Assembly (NCBI GenBank): GCA_051252375.1
Contig: JBPOFY010000002.1
Location: forward strand, 384,001 to 448,000
Origin: Opitutaceae bacterium
GTDB lineage: Bacteria; Verrucomicrobiota; Verrucomicrobiia; Opitutales; Coraliomargaritaceae
DNA: 64,000 nucleotides
Direction of reading: 5' to 3'
The position numbers were made by a program, and so were the translations under genes. Shown here in pieces: positions 11,873-21,060 of this stretch. Numbering within the stretch: position 1 is the stretch's first letter; every line of letters begins with the position of its first letter. The notes below the pieces were generated by a model. The model was given only the letters and a program-made list of their open reading frames with translations, was not told the DNA's origin and did not search any database.

Positions 11873-13708
11873 ATGAACGCTAAAAACATCCGTAACATCG
11901 CCATCATCGCTCACGTTGACCACGGCAAGACCACCCTCGTGGACTGCCTGCTCGCCCAAAGTGGAACTTACCGCGAGAACGAACGTGTTCAAGAGCGCGC
12001 GATGGACTCCATGGACCTTGAAAAGGAAAAGGGCATTACCATTAAAGCGAAGAATCTCGCAGTAAAATGGACGAACCCAAAGGATGGCGAAGTCTACACG
12101 ATCAACATCGTGGACACTCCAGGGCACGCCGACTTCGGTGCTGAAGTGGAACGCGTGATGAAGATGGTCGACGGCGTGTTGCTTTTGACTGATGCCGTTG
12201 GCGGCCCACAGGCGCAAACACGTTGGGTGCTTCGTAAAGCCCTCGACCAAGGTCTGAAGACAATTTGCGTGATCAACAAAGTTGACCGCGATACTTCACG
12301 CCCTGACTGGGTGCACGATAAGGTGCTCGAACTCTTCCTCGATCTTGAGGCTGATGAAGATCAATTCAACGCCCCCTTCCTCTACGCTTCCGCCAAAATG
12401 GGCTTCGCCGACCGCGCAGTCGATGGCCCTCGCGAAAACATGGTCGATCTCTTCGAAACCATTGTCGACCGCATCCCTGCACCCGTCATCGAAGAAGGTG
12501 ATTTCCGCATGCTCGCGAGTAACATCGACTGGGACGACTACGTCGGCCGTATGGCGATCGGTCGTGTGCTTTCCGGTGAGGTTAAAGTCGGACAAACTAT
12601 TTTTGCGCTTCGCAAAGGCGGCAAAAAGGACCGCGTTAAAGTGACTAAGATGAAGAGCTTCTCCGGCGCGGGTAACACCGACGACGTGACGACTGCTGTC
12701 GCTGGTGACATTGTCGGCCTTGCTGGCTTCGACGATGTAGACATTGGCGACACTCTCGCAGCTTCAGCAGATATGGAAGCACTTCCATTCGTTGAAATCG
12801 ATCCAGCGACCGTCCAGATGGAGTTCTCTGTTAACAGCGGTCCGCTCGCTGGTAAAGATGGTAAGAAAGTCACTTCACGCCAAATCCGTGAACGCCTCAT
12901 CCGCGAAACACAGTCCAATATTTCGATTAGTATTGAAGACACCGACGACGGCACACGTTTCCTCGTCAACGCACGTGGCTCCATGCAGATCGCCGTCCTC
13001 GTCGAAACCATGCGCCGCGAAGGTTTCGAGCTACTCGTTTCCCGACCGACCGTTCTTTACAAAGAAATCGACGGCAAGCGCAACGAACCCTTCGAACGCG
13101 TTTGGGTCGAAGTGCCCGAAGAGCAACTCGGTGGTGTCATGGAAAACATCAGCAAGCGCAAAGGAAAGGTCACTAACATGGAGCACCATCACTCCGGCGT
13201 CACCGTCGAAGCAGAATGCCCCACTCGTGGCCTCATCGGTTTTGAAAGTGATCTCGTCACCATGACTTCTGGTCACGGCGTGATGAGCCACTCCTTCCTC
13301 GAGTATCGCCCACACTGCGGCGAGATCGTCACACGCCTCACCGGCACGCTCGTCAGCATGGAGCAAGGTAAGACAATGCCATACGCACTTGAGATGATTC
13401 AAAGCCGCGGCAAACTCTTCGTCGGCCCAGGTGAAGAAGCCTACGCAGGAATGATCGTTGGTGAAAACCCTCGCACCGAGGACATGCCCGTCAACCCAGC
13501 CAAAGCGAAGCAACTCGACAACATGCGTTCTTCCGGCACGGATAAGAGCATCCAGCTTTCACCGCCGATTAAGTTCTCTCTTGAGCGCGCGATCGAATAC
13601 ATCGCACCCGACGAGCTGGTCGAAGTCACACCGAACTTCTTGCGTATGCGTAAGCGTATCCTCGACGAGACCGTTCGCCGTAAGATGGCCAAAGCCGCCA
13701 AGAAGTAA
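11873..13708 (+). CDS. typA: Translational GTPase TypA/BipA
   Basis: [30 protein letters not shown]-terminal [13 protein letters not shown]. Confidence 0.96.
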   Translation: MNAKNIRNIAIIAHVDHGKTTLVDCLLAQSGTYRENERVQERAMDSMDLEKEKGITIKAKNLAVKWTNPKDGEVYTINIVDTPGHADFGAEVERVMKMVDGVLLLTDAVGGPQAQTRWVLRKALDQGLKTICVINKVDRDTSRPDWVHDKVLELFLDLEADEDQFNAPFLYASAKMGFADRAVDGPRENMVDLFETIVDRIPAPVIEEGDFRMLASNIDWDDYVGRMAIGRVLSGEVKVGQTIFALRKGGKKDRVKVTKMKSFSGAGNTDDVTTAVAGDIVGLAGFDDVDIGDTLAASADMEALPFVEIDPATVQMEFSVNSGPLAGKDGKKVTSRQIRERLIRETQSNISISIEDTDDGTRFLVNARGSMQIAVLVETMRREGFELLVSRPTVLYKEIDGKRNEPFERVWVEVPEEQLGGVMENISKRKGKVTNMEHHHSGVTVEAECPTRGLIGFESDLVTMTSGHGVMSHSFLEYRPHCGEIVTRLTGTLVSMEQGKTMPYALEMIQSRGKLFVGPGEEAYAGMIVGENPRTEDMPVNPAKAKQLDNMRSSGTDKSIQLSPPIKFSLERAIEYIAPDELVEVTPNFLRMRKRILDETVRRKMAKAAKK

Positions 13709-13733
13709 CACTTAGCGAACAGCAAAAACTTTC

Positions 13734-13770
13734 AAAGCCCATTAGGTAAATCACCTGATGGGCTTTTTTT
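13734..13770 (+). terminator. Intrinsic terminator after typA
   Basis: aaagcccattaggt-aaatc-acctgatgggc followed by a T-run. Confidence 0.8.
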
Positions 13771-13818
13771 GGTTTATCATCATGCTCCTAGAAAGGCTTA
13801 CTTGATTCAGAGATTACT

Positions 13819-13913
13819 TGGAGGGCAATGCTCCGTCATTACCGTTCGCTAAGGGCGCTCGAATCACCCAGTCGCAAGCCATACGTGCGGAAACGACAGA
13901 GCGTTTCCCTCCA
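13819..13913. repeat. Diverged family A REPIN
   Basis: tggagggcaatgctccgtcattaccg...cggaaacgacagagcgtttccctcca. Confidence 0.8.
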
Positions 13914-13931
13914 GTGCCTCACTGATACTCG

Positions 13932-15203
13932 CTACATCTGCTTCGCCACCGCCACAAAGCGCTGCGCGGCCTCGATCAAACGATCCTCCGGCAAAGCACC
14001 AGAAGCCAATCGTGCACAGTGCCAAGGCTCACCGGAAGAGAAGCACAAATCACCCGGCACGTAGAGCACACCTTGCTCAATGCAACGCTGGCAAAATTCA
14101 CTTTCCATCCGCAGGTCGGAACCGATCGGCGCACGCGCCCAAATAATCAGACCACCCTTCGGTGTTTCCCAGCGCCAGCCAAGTTCCTTCAAACCTCCGG
14201 CGAGCAATTCACCTTCCAACACCTGCGCCTTGTGCGCGTAGTGTTTTCTGATGCCGGCTAAGTGCCCTTCATAAAGTCCCTCCTCCAAGACACGCTCGAT
14301 CAAAGCCTGATTAAAATGCGCCGAACCAAAATCCTGGTGCCCTTTGATACCCAGAATTTTGCCCAACCACTCAGAGTGCGTGCAATAACCGTAGCCCACT
14401 TTCAGACCCGTGGCGAACGGCTTGGTATAGGTGCCTAAATACAATTTCGGAAACAGCGCAAACTCCGGCATACTGATAATCGAAGGTGCCGGATGCGCCT
14501 CCTCGAAAAAGAGTTCACGATAAGCCGCATCCTCCATCACTGGCACAATGTAGCCCGCGTCCAACAACACCTTGGCGACAGCACGTTTTTCATCCGCCTC
14601 AAGCGAACGACTGCTCGGGTTACAAAAGTAACTGACCAAATACACCGCCTTCACGCGTGCCCGTTCTCCTGCAGCATCCAAGTCATGCAACAACGCAGCC
14701 ATTGCTTCAGGTATAATCGCCCCCGCATCATCACAAGGAATACCAATCGGCCGTAGCCCTAAGCCCTTGAGCATTTCCAAGCAAACGAAATAGCTCGGTT
14801 CTTCCACCAGCACAATATCGCCCGGATCGCACAAAGCTTGCACCGCCAAATAGAGTGCTTGTTGCGAGCCATTCGTGATAAACATGTTCGCCGGATCAAA
14901 AGCCGCCTTTTGCTCCCCCGGATGTGAAGCAATCACATCACAAGACAACTCACGCAAACGCGCCCTCCCCTGATTTTGACCATACTGCAGAGGCTCATCT
15001 GCCAAGCCCGCTTGCGTCAGTTCCGCCGCGAAACGAGCCACCAACTCACGCGGCAAGACCGCATTATCCGTAAACCCCGCCGCCAACGAAAGTAGCTCCG
15101 GATTCGCCAACGCACGCGCCATCAAATCAACGATCACCGGCGATTGTATCTCGCGGCCGATCTTAGAAAAAGCAATAGGCGGTTGTGGATCAGAGGAACT
15201 CAT
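13932..15203 (-). CDS. PLP-dependent aminotransferase class I/II (LysN/ARO8-like)
   Basis: TNGSQQAL, EEPSY, NPS, EDAAY, GTYTKPFATGLKVGY motifs. Confidence 0.85.
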   Translation of the reverse strand: MSSSDPQPPIAFSKIGREIQSPVIVDLMARALANPELLSLAAGFTDNAVLPRELVARFAAELTQAGLADEPLQYGQNQGRARLRELSCDVIASHPGEQKAAFDPANMFITNGSQQALYLAVQALCDPGDIVLVEEPSYFVCLEMLKGLGLRPIGIPCDDAGAIIPEAMAALLHDLDAAGERARVKAVYLVSYFCNPSSRSLEADEKRAVAKVLLDAGYIVPVMEDAAYRELFFEEAHPAPSIISMPEFALFPKLYLGTYTKPFATGLKVGYGYCTHSEWLGKILGIKGHQDFGSAHFNQALIERVLEEGLYEGHLAGIRKHYAHKAQVLEGELLAGGLKELGWRWETPKGGLIIWARAPIGSDLRMESEFCQRCIEQGVLYVPGDLCFSSGEPWHCARLASGALPEDRLIEAAQRFVAVAKQM

Positions 15204-15251
15204 AACTACACATCAGCATTCATTTTGAACCTCCCACTAGCAAGAAAGTAA

Positions 15252-15345
<94 letters not shown>

Positions 15346-15450
15346 CCGCATCCTGCGTAGCTAGTAGAGCGAAGCATGGAAGCGAACCGGACCACCGCAG
15401 GTGAAAATCCTGACACAAAGAAACCCGCTATTTCTAGCGGGTTTCTAAAA

Positions 15451-15533
15451 TACTCAGGGGGGGATTTGAACCCCCACGCCCTTGCGGGCACCACGACCTG
15501 AACGTGGCGTGTCTGCCGTTTCACCACCTGAGC
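15451..15533 (-). tRNA. tRNA-Leu(CAG)
   Basis: Reverse complement gctcaggtggtgaaacggcagacacgccacg-ttCAGgt-cgtggtgcccgcaagggcgtgggggttcaaatcc...cctgagta; long variable arm; GTTCAAATC T-loop; CCA not encoded. Confidence 0.93.
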
Positions 15534-15614
15534 GAAAGTCGAAGTGCGGAGAAAAGTCGGCTTATCGGTCGCTGTCAATCTTGAGATTTGAGGTCTGGTT
15601 CAATGATTCGAATT

Positions 15615-15753
15615 AACCACAGAAATCACATAACACACAGAATGACTCGAAGCGCCCCTAACTGAGATGATTAGTCTCAAAGAAACAGCATACATTCCTA
15701 ATACTGAATATTATCGATCAGAGTATTTTGTGCCTTCTGTGCTTTTTGTGGTT
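15615..15753. repeat. Gene-less AACC...GGTT inverted element with 9-bp periodic arms
   Basis: Left arm aaccacaga-aatcacata-acacacaga; right arm ttttgtgcc-ttctgtgct-ttttgtggtt. Confidence 0.7.
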
Positions 15754-15861
15754 CAAAAATTGAATCCGATGTTGGCTAGTGTGCGCTATTCGAACAATTT
15801 GAATAACTCAGCCAACAAAACCCATGCGCATCGAGACGATGCTGCGCTACCTTTTGACATC

Positions 15862-16398
15862 ATGACACTTGAACAACGCCTCGAAACATTTCTCGATCAA
15901 ACGCCCGCTGTTGATGACAGCGCTTATATCGCCAAAGGTGCCATAGTCATTGGCGCGGTGACTTTGTCCAAAGACTCCAGCGTCTGGCATGGCTCTGTCT
16001 TGCGCGGTGATATCAACACCATCGAGATCGGTGAAGGCTCGAACGTCCAGGACGGCACCATCGTGCACCTCTCGGATAACTACGGCGTGAAAGTCGGCAA
16101 ATTTGTCACCATCGGTCATGCAGCCATGATCCATGCTTGCGAAATCGGCGACGGCTGTCTCGTCGGCATGCAGGCTACCATCCTGGACGGTGCCGTGATC
16201 GGGGAAGAGTCGATCGTCGGTGCCGGCGCGCTCGTGACCAAGGGCACACAGGTGCCAGCCGGCTCGCTCGTGCTGGGCGCTCCAGCTAAGGTGGTGCGTG
16301 CATTGACTAACGCGGAACGTGCCACAGGCAGAGACATGGCCGAAAAATACGTGCGGGTCGCTAAAGGACACAAGGCACGATTCGGATCAGAAGCTTAG
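15862..16398 (+). CDS. Gamma-class carbonic anhydrase family (YrdA/CaiE-like hexapeptide-repeat) protein
   Basis: LRGD, NVQDG..VH, VTIGH.A.IHAC metal-binding His residues; start at MTLEQR. Confidence 0.9.
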   Translation: MTLEQRLETFLDQTPAVDDSAYIAKGAIVIGAVTLSKDSSVWHGSVLRGDINTIEIGEGSNVQDGTIVHLSDNYGVKVGKFVTIGHAAMIHACEIGDGCLVGMQATILDGAVIGEESIVGAGALVTKGTQVPAGSLVLGAPAKVVRALTNAERATGRDMAEKYVRVAKGHKARFGSEA

Positions 16399-16415
16399 TA
16401 GGACTTCTCCAGCAT

Positions 16416-16908
16416 AGCTGGAAACCGCTTATTTTCGCTAATATACGCTTATGAATGATAAAACAGAATACATGGGATCCGAAGGTTATGCGTTAATCGG
16501 TGCTGCCTTTGAAGTGCATCGCGAACTAGGCGGGGGAATGAGTGAAGAAATCTATCAAGAGTCCCTGGAACTTGAATTAGGTTTTCGCACAATCGAATTC
16601 ACATCACAGCAAGAACTGAATCTATACTATAAAGGGCATAAGCTGGAAAAAACTTATATACCCGACCTCATTAGCCACGGATCCATCGTGATCGAATTGA
16701 AAGCGGTAAGAGCCTTAAACACAGAACATGAGCGACAATTACTTAATTACATGCGTATCACGAAAAAGGCAGTGGGATACCTGATAAATTTCGGCCCCAC
16801 CGATAAAATGGAGTGGAAGCGTTTTATTCTAAAGGAATTCATTCCGGATCAATAGATCAGCCCCACTCTACATAAGCGTATATTTGCGAAAATAAGCGGT
16901 TTCCGGCT
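16416..16908. mobile_element. Inverted-repeat-bounded GxxExxY cassette
   Basis: 16420-16453 ggaaaccgcttattttcgctaatatacgcttatg versus reverse complement of 16871-16904 ggaaaccgcttattttcgcaaatatacgcttatg: 1 mismatch in 34 bp, extends to 38 bp with 2 mismatches. Mobility is inferred. Confidence 0.65.
16451..16855 (+). CDS. GxxExxY protein (PD-(D/E)XK nuclease superfamily)
   Basis: LGGGMSEEIYQ (GxxExxY), PDL...IELKA, QLLNY, GYLINFG motifs. Confidence 0.92.
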   Translation: MNDKTEYMGSEGYALIGAAFEVHRELGGGMSEEIYQESLELELGFRTIEFTSQQELNLYYKGHKLEKTYIPDLISHGSIVIELKAVRALNTEHERQLLNYMRITKKAVGYLINFGPTDKMEWKRFILKEFIPDQ

Positions 16909-17015
16909 TTGCCGGACAGACAATTCATTATCTCCTTTCACTGCCCTTTTTAGTCAGGTCTTTTCGACGCTCTGGGCTTGCAATGCGTGGCGAATGCTTT
17001 CTGGTATTTATTGTT

Positions 17016-17034
17016 ATTGAGACTTAATCTCATA
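17016..17034. promoter_or_regulatory. Fur-box-like palindrome upstream of feoA
   Basis: attgagacttaatctcata (TGAGA-N5-TCTCA), about 15 bp upstream of the iron-uptake operon start. Confidence 0.6.
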
Positions 17035-17049
17035 CTTTCTTAACTTTTC

Positions 17050-17277
17050 ATGCGACTCGACCAAATCAAAAAAGGCGGCCTTTTCCGGGTCAAAGAAGTG
17101 GACTGCTCCAATGACTGCATTGCGCGGCTCATGTCGATGGGTCTACTCCCCGACCAGGAGATTCGTTTGGTGCACGAAGCACCGCTTGGCGATCCGATTG
17201 CGGTCGAGTTCAATGGTTGCCACATGAGTATCCGCCTCAGTGATGCAGCTGGTGTTGAAGTCGAACAGATCCAATGA
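17050..17277 (+). CDS. feoA: Ferrous iron transport protein A
   Basis: RLMSMGL.P...APLGDPI motif. Confidence 0.9.
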   Translation: MRLDQIKKGGLFRVKEVDCSNDCIARLMSMGLLPDQEIRLVHEAPLGDPIAVEFNGCHMSIRLSDAAGVEVEQIQ

Positions 17278-19505
17278 GCACGGCGGAAAAACGCATCCGG
17301 ATCGCCGTCATCGGTAATCCGAACACTGGAAAAACCTCACTATTCAACACCCTGACTGGTCTCCGCCAACGCGTGGGCAACTACTCGGGTGTGACAGTCG
17401 AAAAGAAGACTGGGATCTGGAACATGCCCCATGGGCAAGAGGTCGAGCTGATCGATCTACCCGGCACCTATAGCTTAAGTGCCACCTCTCTAGATGAGCG
17501 TGTGGCGGTGGACGTGATCGCTGGTCACGAAGCCGACTCCAAAGCACCAGACCTCGTGATAGTAGTGGTGGATGTTGAAAATTTACGCCGCAACCTTTTC
17601 CTCGCTTCGCAAGCTTCCGAACTCGGTGTGCCGATGGTCATTGCGCTCAATTGCTGGGATGTGGCAGAAAAAAAAGGTCTGCAAATTGATAGTAAGCTCC
17701 TGCAGCAACGACTCGGTGTGCCCGTCATCCCAACCGTTGCCAAGCGCAAGAGCGGCACTGACGAGTTAGCCAAAGCGGTCGAGCGTGCGATCGAAACTCG
17801 TCCGATGATGGCGCGTCCCTACTGGCCGGATCCGGTCAAAAAGGCACTCACTACTCTCAAAGAAGAACTCGTCGTCAAGCGCGGCGAATCGCTGCGTGAA
17901 GGCGAACTACAACGCCTCATCTTCGACCGAAAGAGCGCGGTGCGTGAACGCTTAAAGACACCTGCAAGCGAGCACGAGCCGATCATCAAAGCCGTGCGCG
18001 ACCAACTCTACAAAGATGGTTTCCAACCAGACGCGGCAGAATCGACCTTACGCTTTCGCTTTTTAAATCCTCTATTGAATGACGTGCTAGAGCGCCAAGC
18101 CGCACTCAAGAAACGAAGTAAATCCGAGAGCATCGACCAATTGCTGCTCCATAAGTTCTGGGGACTGCTCGTGTTTATCGGCATGATGTATGTCGTCTTC
18201 CAATCGGTTTACACTTGGGCGGGTCCGCTGATGGACTTAATCGAGGGCGGTGTCGGCTGGGTGCAAGGTATCGCGTCGGATGCGCTGGTTTCGATGCCGA
18301 TGCTGCAGAGTTTAATCGCCGATGGCATCATCGGTGGTGTGGGTGCCTTCTTGGTTTTCTTACCACAGATCCTAGTCCTGTTCTTTTTCATCTCTCTGCT
18401 CGAAGCCTCGGGCTACATGGCGCGCGCAGCCTTCTTGATGGATAAACTTTTCCAGTGGTGCGGACTGAACGGTAAAAGCTTCGTCCCCCTACTCACGAGT
18501 TTTGCCTGTGCCATTCCCGGCATCATGGCGACGCGCACGATCAACGACAACAAGGCGCGACTGATCACAATTTTGATCGCTCCTTTGATGAGTTGCTCGG
18601 CACGACTGCCCGTTTACTTGCTGCTGATCGGTGCCTTCATCGAGCCGCAGTATGGCCCTAAGGTTGCTGGCGCGACACTCTTTGCCATGCACTTCATCGG
18701 CGCACTCGTCGCCGCCCCATTTGCATGGGCTTTAAACAAGACCGTCAATAAAGGCCGCAAGCCCATACCATTCGTGATGGAGCTCCCCCACTACCGCGTG
18801 CCTCAAATTAAACTGACACTGCACCGCATGTATGAAAGCGGTAAGGAGTTCGTGGTGCGCGCCGGCACAGTGATTTTTGCCATGACCATCGTCATTTGGG
18901 CGCTGTTGTATTTTCCACGTTCGGCGGAGGTGGAAGAACGAGTCCAGGAGGCTTACCTAACAGAAATTATAAAATCTGACCTTGATCAGCATAATTTAGA
19001 AAACCCTTCACAAGAATTTAGTGGTCCGAAACTAGTTACCCTAGACGAAGGCGAACTCTCCAAGCGTATAGACGCAGCCTATCTCGAACAGAGCTACATG
19101 GGCCGCTTCGGTAAATTCGTGCAGCCGGTGTTTGCACCTGCAGGCTACGATTGGAAGATCACCGTCGGTGTGCTAGCGAGTTTTCCGGCCCGCGAAATCA
19201 TCATCTCGACCCTCGGCATCACCTACGCGCTTGGTGGCGAAGTCGATGAAGAATCCGGCGATCTACGCAGCACATTGAGCAACGCAAAATGGGAAAGCGG
19301 TCCCCGCATGGGCGAACCCGTTTTCAATATTCCAGTCGCGCTGTCGATCATGGTCTTTTTCGCACTCTGCATGCAGTGTGGCGCAACGCTCGCCGTCATC
19401 GCTAAAGAGCTCAACTGGTGGTGGGCCACAGGTAGCTTCTTCGCGCTGACAAGTATCGCTTGGATCGCTGCCGTGCTCGTCTATCAAATCGGAATGCTGT
19501 TTTAA
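17274..19505 (+). CDS. feoB: Ferrous iron transporter B
   Basis: GNPNTGKT, VGNY.GVTVEKK, DLPGTYSL; membrane domain with MSCSARLP and PFVMELP. Confidence 0.96.
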   Translation: MSTAEKRIRIAVIGNPNTGKTSLFNTLTGLRQRVGNYSGVTVEKKTGIWNMPHGQEVELIDLPGTYSLSATSLDERVAVDVIAGHEADSKAPDLVIVVVDVENLRRNLFLASQASELGVPMVIALNCWDVAEKKGLQIDSKLLQQRLGVPVIPTVAKRKSGTDELAKAVERAIETRPMMARPYWPDPVKKALTTLKEELVVKRGESLREGELQRLIFDRKSAVRERLKTPASEHEPIIKAVRDQLYKDGFQPDAAESTLRFRFLNPLLNDVLERQAALKKRSKSESIDQLLLHKFWGLLVFIGMMYVVFQSVYTWAGPLMDLIEGGVGWVQGIASDALVSMPMLQSLIADGIIGGVGAFLVFLPQILVLFFFISLLEASGYMARAAFLMDKLFQWCGLNGKSFVPLLTSFACAIPGIMATRTINDNKARLITILIAPLMSCSARLPVYLLLIGAFIEPQYGPKVAGATLFAMHFIGALVAAPFAWALNKTVNKGRKPIPFVMELPHYRVPQIKLTLHRMYESGKEFVVRAGTVIFAMTIVIWALLYFPRSAEVEERVQEAYLTEIIKSDLDQHNLENPSQEFSGPKLVTLDEGELSKRIDAAYLEQSYMGRFGKFVQPVFAPAGYDWKITVGVLASFPAREIIISTLGITYALGGEVDEESGDLRSTLSNAKWESGPRMGEPVFNIPVALSIMVFFALCMQCGATLAVIAKELNWWWATGSFFALTSIAWIAAVLVYQIGMLF

Positions 19506-19507
19506 GC

Positions 19508-19672
19508 ATGAAAACGATCGAATTCATCATTGTCGGACTCATCCTCTTAGGAGCGCTGTTCTACCTCTACACAGTATTCAAGCCGAAGAATAAATCGGGC
19601 GGCGGTTGCGGTTGTGACACAACCGATTGCAAGGTGCCGAAGCCTAAGATCAAGCATCCGGATGCGAAGTAG
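19508..19672 (+). CDS. FeoB-associated Cys-rich small membrane protein
   Basis: MKTIEFIIVG...GGGCGCDTTDC. Confidence 0.75.
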   Translation: MKTIEFIIVGLILLGALFYLYTVFKPKNKSGGGCGCDTTDCKVPKPKIKHPDAK

Positions 19673-19695
19673 AGCGCGTTCGTATTGCGAAGAGT

Positions 19696-20007
19696 TGTAG
19701 CCACGGCAGTCACCTGCCGTGTTTCGTTTTAGCGGATAACGGCTATGCTCGGGATCACGTCACAGAGTGACGTGGCTACATCGATGATGATGGAACAGAA
19801 TGGTGAAACAGTCACTCCAGTCTAAGTTGTAGCCACGGCAGTCCCCTGCCGTGTTTCGTTTAGCAGAACAACAGCTATGCTCGGGATCACGTCACAGAGT
19901 GACGTGGCTACATCTGTGATGATGGAACAGAATGGTGAACGCAGTTGGCGGACGTGTGAAACACGTCCCTCCAGTCTAAGCTGTAGCCACGGCAGTCTCT
20001 GCCGTGT
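19696..20007. repeat. BIME-like cluster of TGTAG-footed REPs (family C) with one TGGAG-type REP
   Basis: tgtagccacggcagtc.cctgccgtg at 19696, 19828 and 19982; cacgtcacagagtgacgtggctaca twice; unit spacing 132 and 154 bp. Confidence 0.85.
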
Positions 20008-20033
20008 TGTTGTCAGGATGGCTCGACCCGAAA

Positions 20034-21029
20034 TTAATGCGGGCGCCAGCTCTTGAGTATACGCATATAGTTCGCGCGTTCGAGAGCCTCGGGATCGGGG
20101 CAACTATCGTAGTTCATGCAACCTCGAAGTATCTCCAAAGATCCATACTCTTTTTCCTCCATCCATTCAGTCAGTTCGGCTAGGATTTCCTCTGCGCGAA
20201 CTGGGCCGTTGATGAGTAAGGTGGAGACAAGTTGAATCACGTCGGCACCAGCCATCAGAGCTTTGACCACATCGATACCGGTATGCGCACCGCCTGATGC
20301 CGCTAGCTGGCAATCGATGCGACTGCTGAGCAGCGCGAGCCAACGCAGACGTAGCAAGAGCTCTTGCGAGTATGAATACTTCAAACGTGGGACCACCTCT
20401 AGTTCATCGACATCGAAGTCAGGCTGATAAAAGCGATTAAACAGCACGAGACCATCTACACCAGCTTCGCTAAGACGCTTTGCAAAATGCGGCAGCGCGG
20501 TGAATGAAGGCGACAACTTAACCGACAATGGGATCGAGATACGCTCACGGATGGACTGCACAATACGGAGATAACGATCTTCCATATCACTGGCACTCAC
20601 GTTGAAGTCAGTGGCGAGGCAGTATAAGTTGAGTTCGAGCGCGTCAGCTCCGGCGCCTTCAATCAGTGATGCATAGCTCACCCACTCTCCTTCTCGATTT
20701 CCGTTGAGCGACGCGACAACGGGAATATCGACAGCCCCTTTAACCTGTTGCAGCTGGTCAAGGTAGGCATCGACGCCACGATCCAGAAGACTGACTTCTG
20801 GGAAGTATGACGCTGCTTCAGAGAAAGAGTTCTCGTAGGCACCCAGATGTGCATCAGAGCCAACAATGTTTTGAGTGATTTGCTCTTCGAAAAGAGAATA
20901 CATCGTGATGGCGGCGACCCCTGCATCTTCCAGGGCGCGCACCTTAGACACATCGTCCGAAAGTGGCGATGCACCCGCGACGATGGGGTTCTTTAAGTTC
21001 AGACCGAGATAGTTTGTTTCGAGATTCAT
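20034..21029 (-). CDS. Dihydroorotate dehydrogenase-like flavoprotein (PFOR-associated)
   Basis: YLGL.LKNP, GAD.LELN, VKLSP, LFNRFYQPD, SGG.HTG.D..K motifs; downstream of nifJ. Confidence 0.85.
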   Translation of the reverse strand: MNLETNYLGLNLKNPIVAGASPLSDDVSKVRALEDAGVAAITMYSLFEEQITQNIVGSDAHLGAYENSFSEAASYFPEVSLLDRGVDAYLDQLQQVKGAVDIPVVASLNGNREGEWVSYASLIEGAGADALELNLYCLATDFNVSASDMEDRYLRIVQSIRERISIPLSVKLSPSFTALPHFAKRLSEAGVDGLVLFNRFYQPDFDVDELEVVPRLKYSYSQELLLRLRWLALLSSRIDCQLAASGGAHTGIDVVKALMAGADVIQLVSTLLINGPVRAEEILAELTEWMEEKEYGSLEILRGCMNYDSCPDPEALERANYMRILKSWRPH

Positions 21030-21060
21030 GGCGTATATTTCTATGTTGGATACTGTTTAC

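Noticed and set aside
19696..20007. Possible CRISPR array
   Set aside because: Inter-repeat segments are near-duplicates rather than unique spacers, and the repeats are inverted REP pairs.
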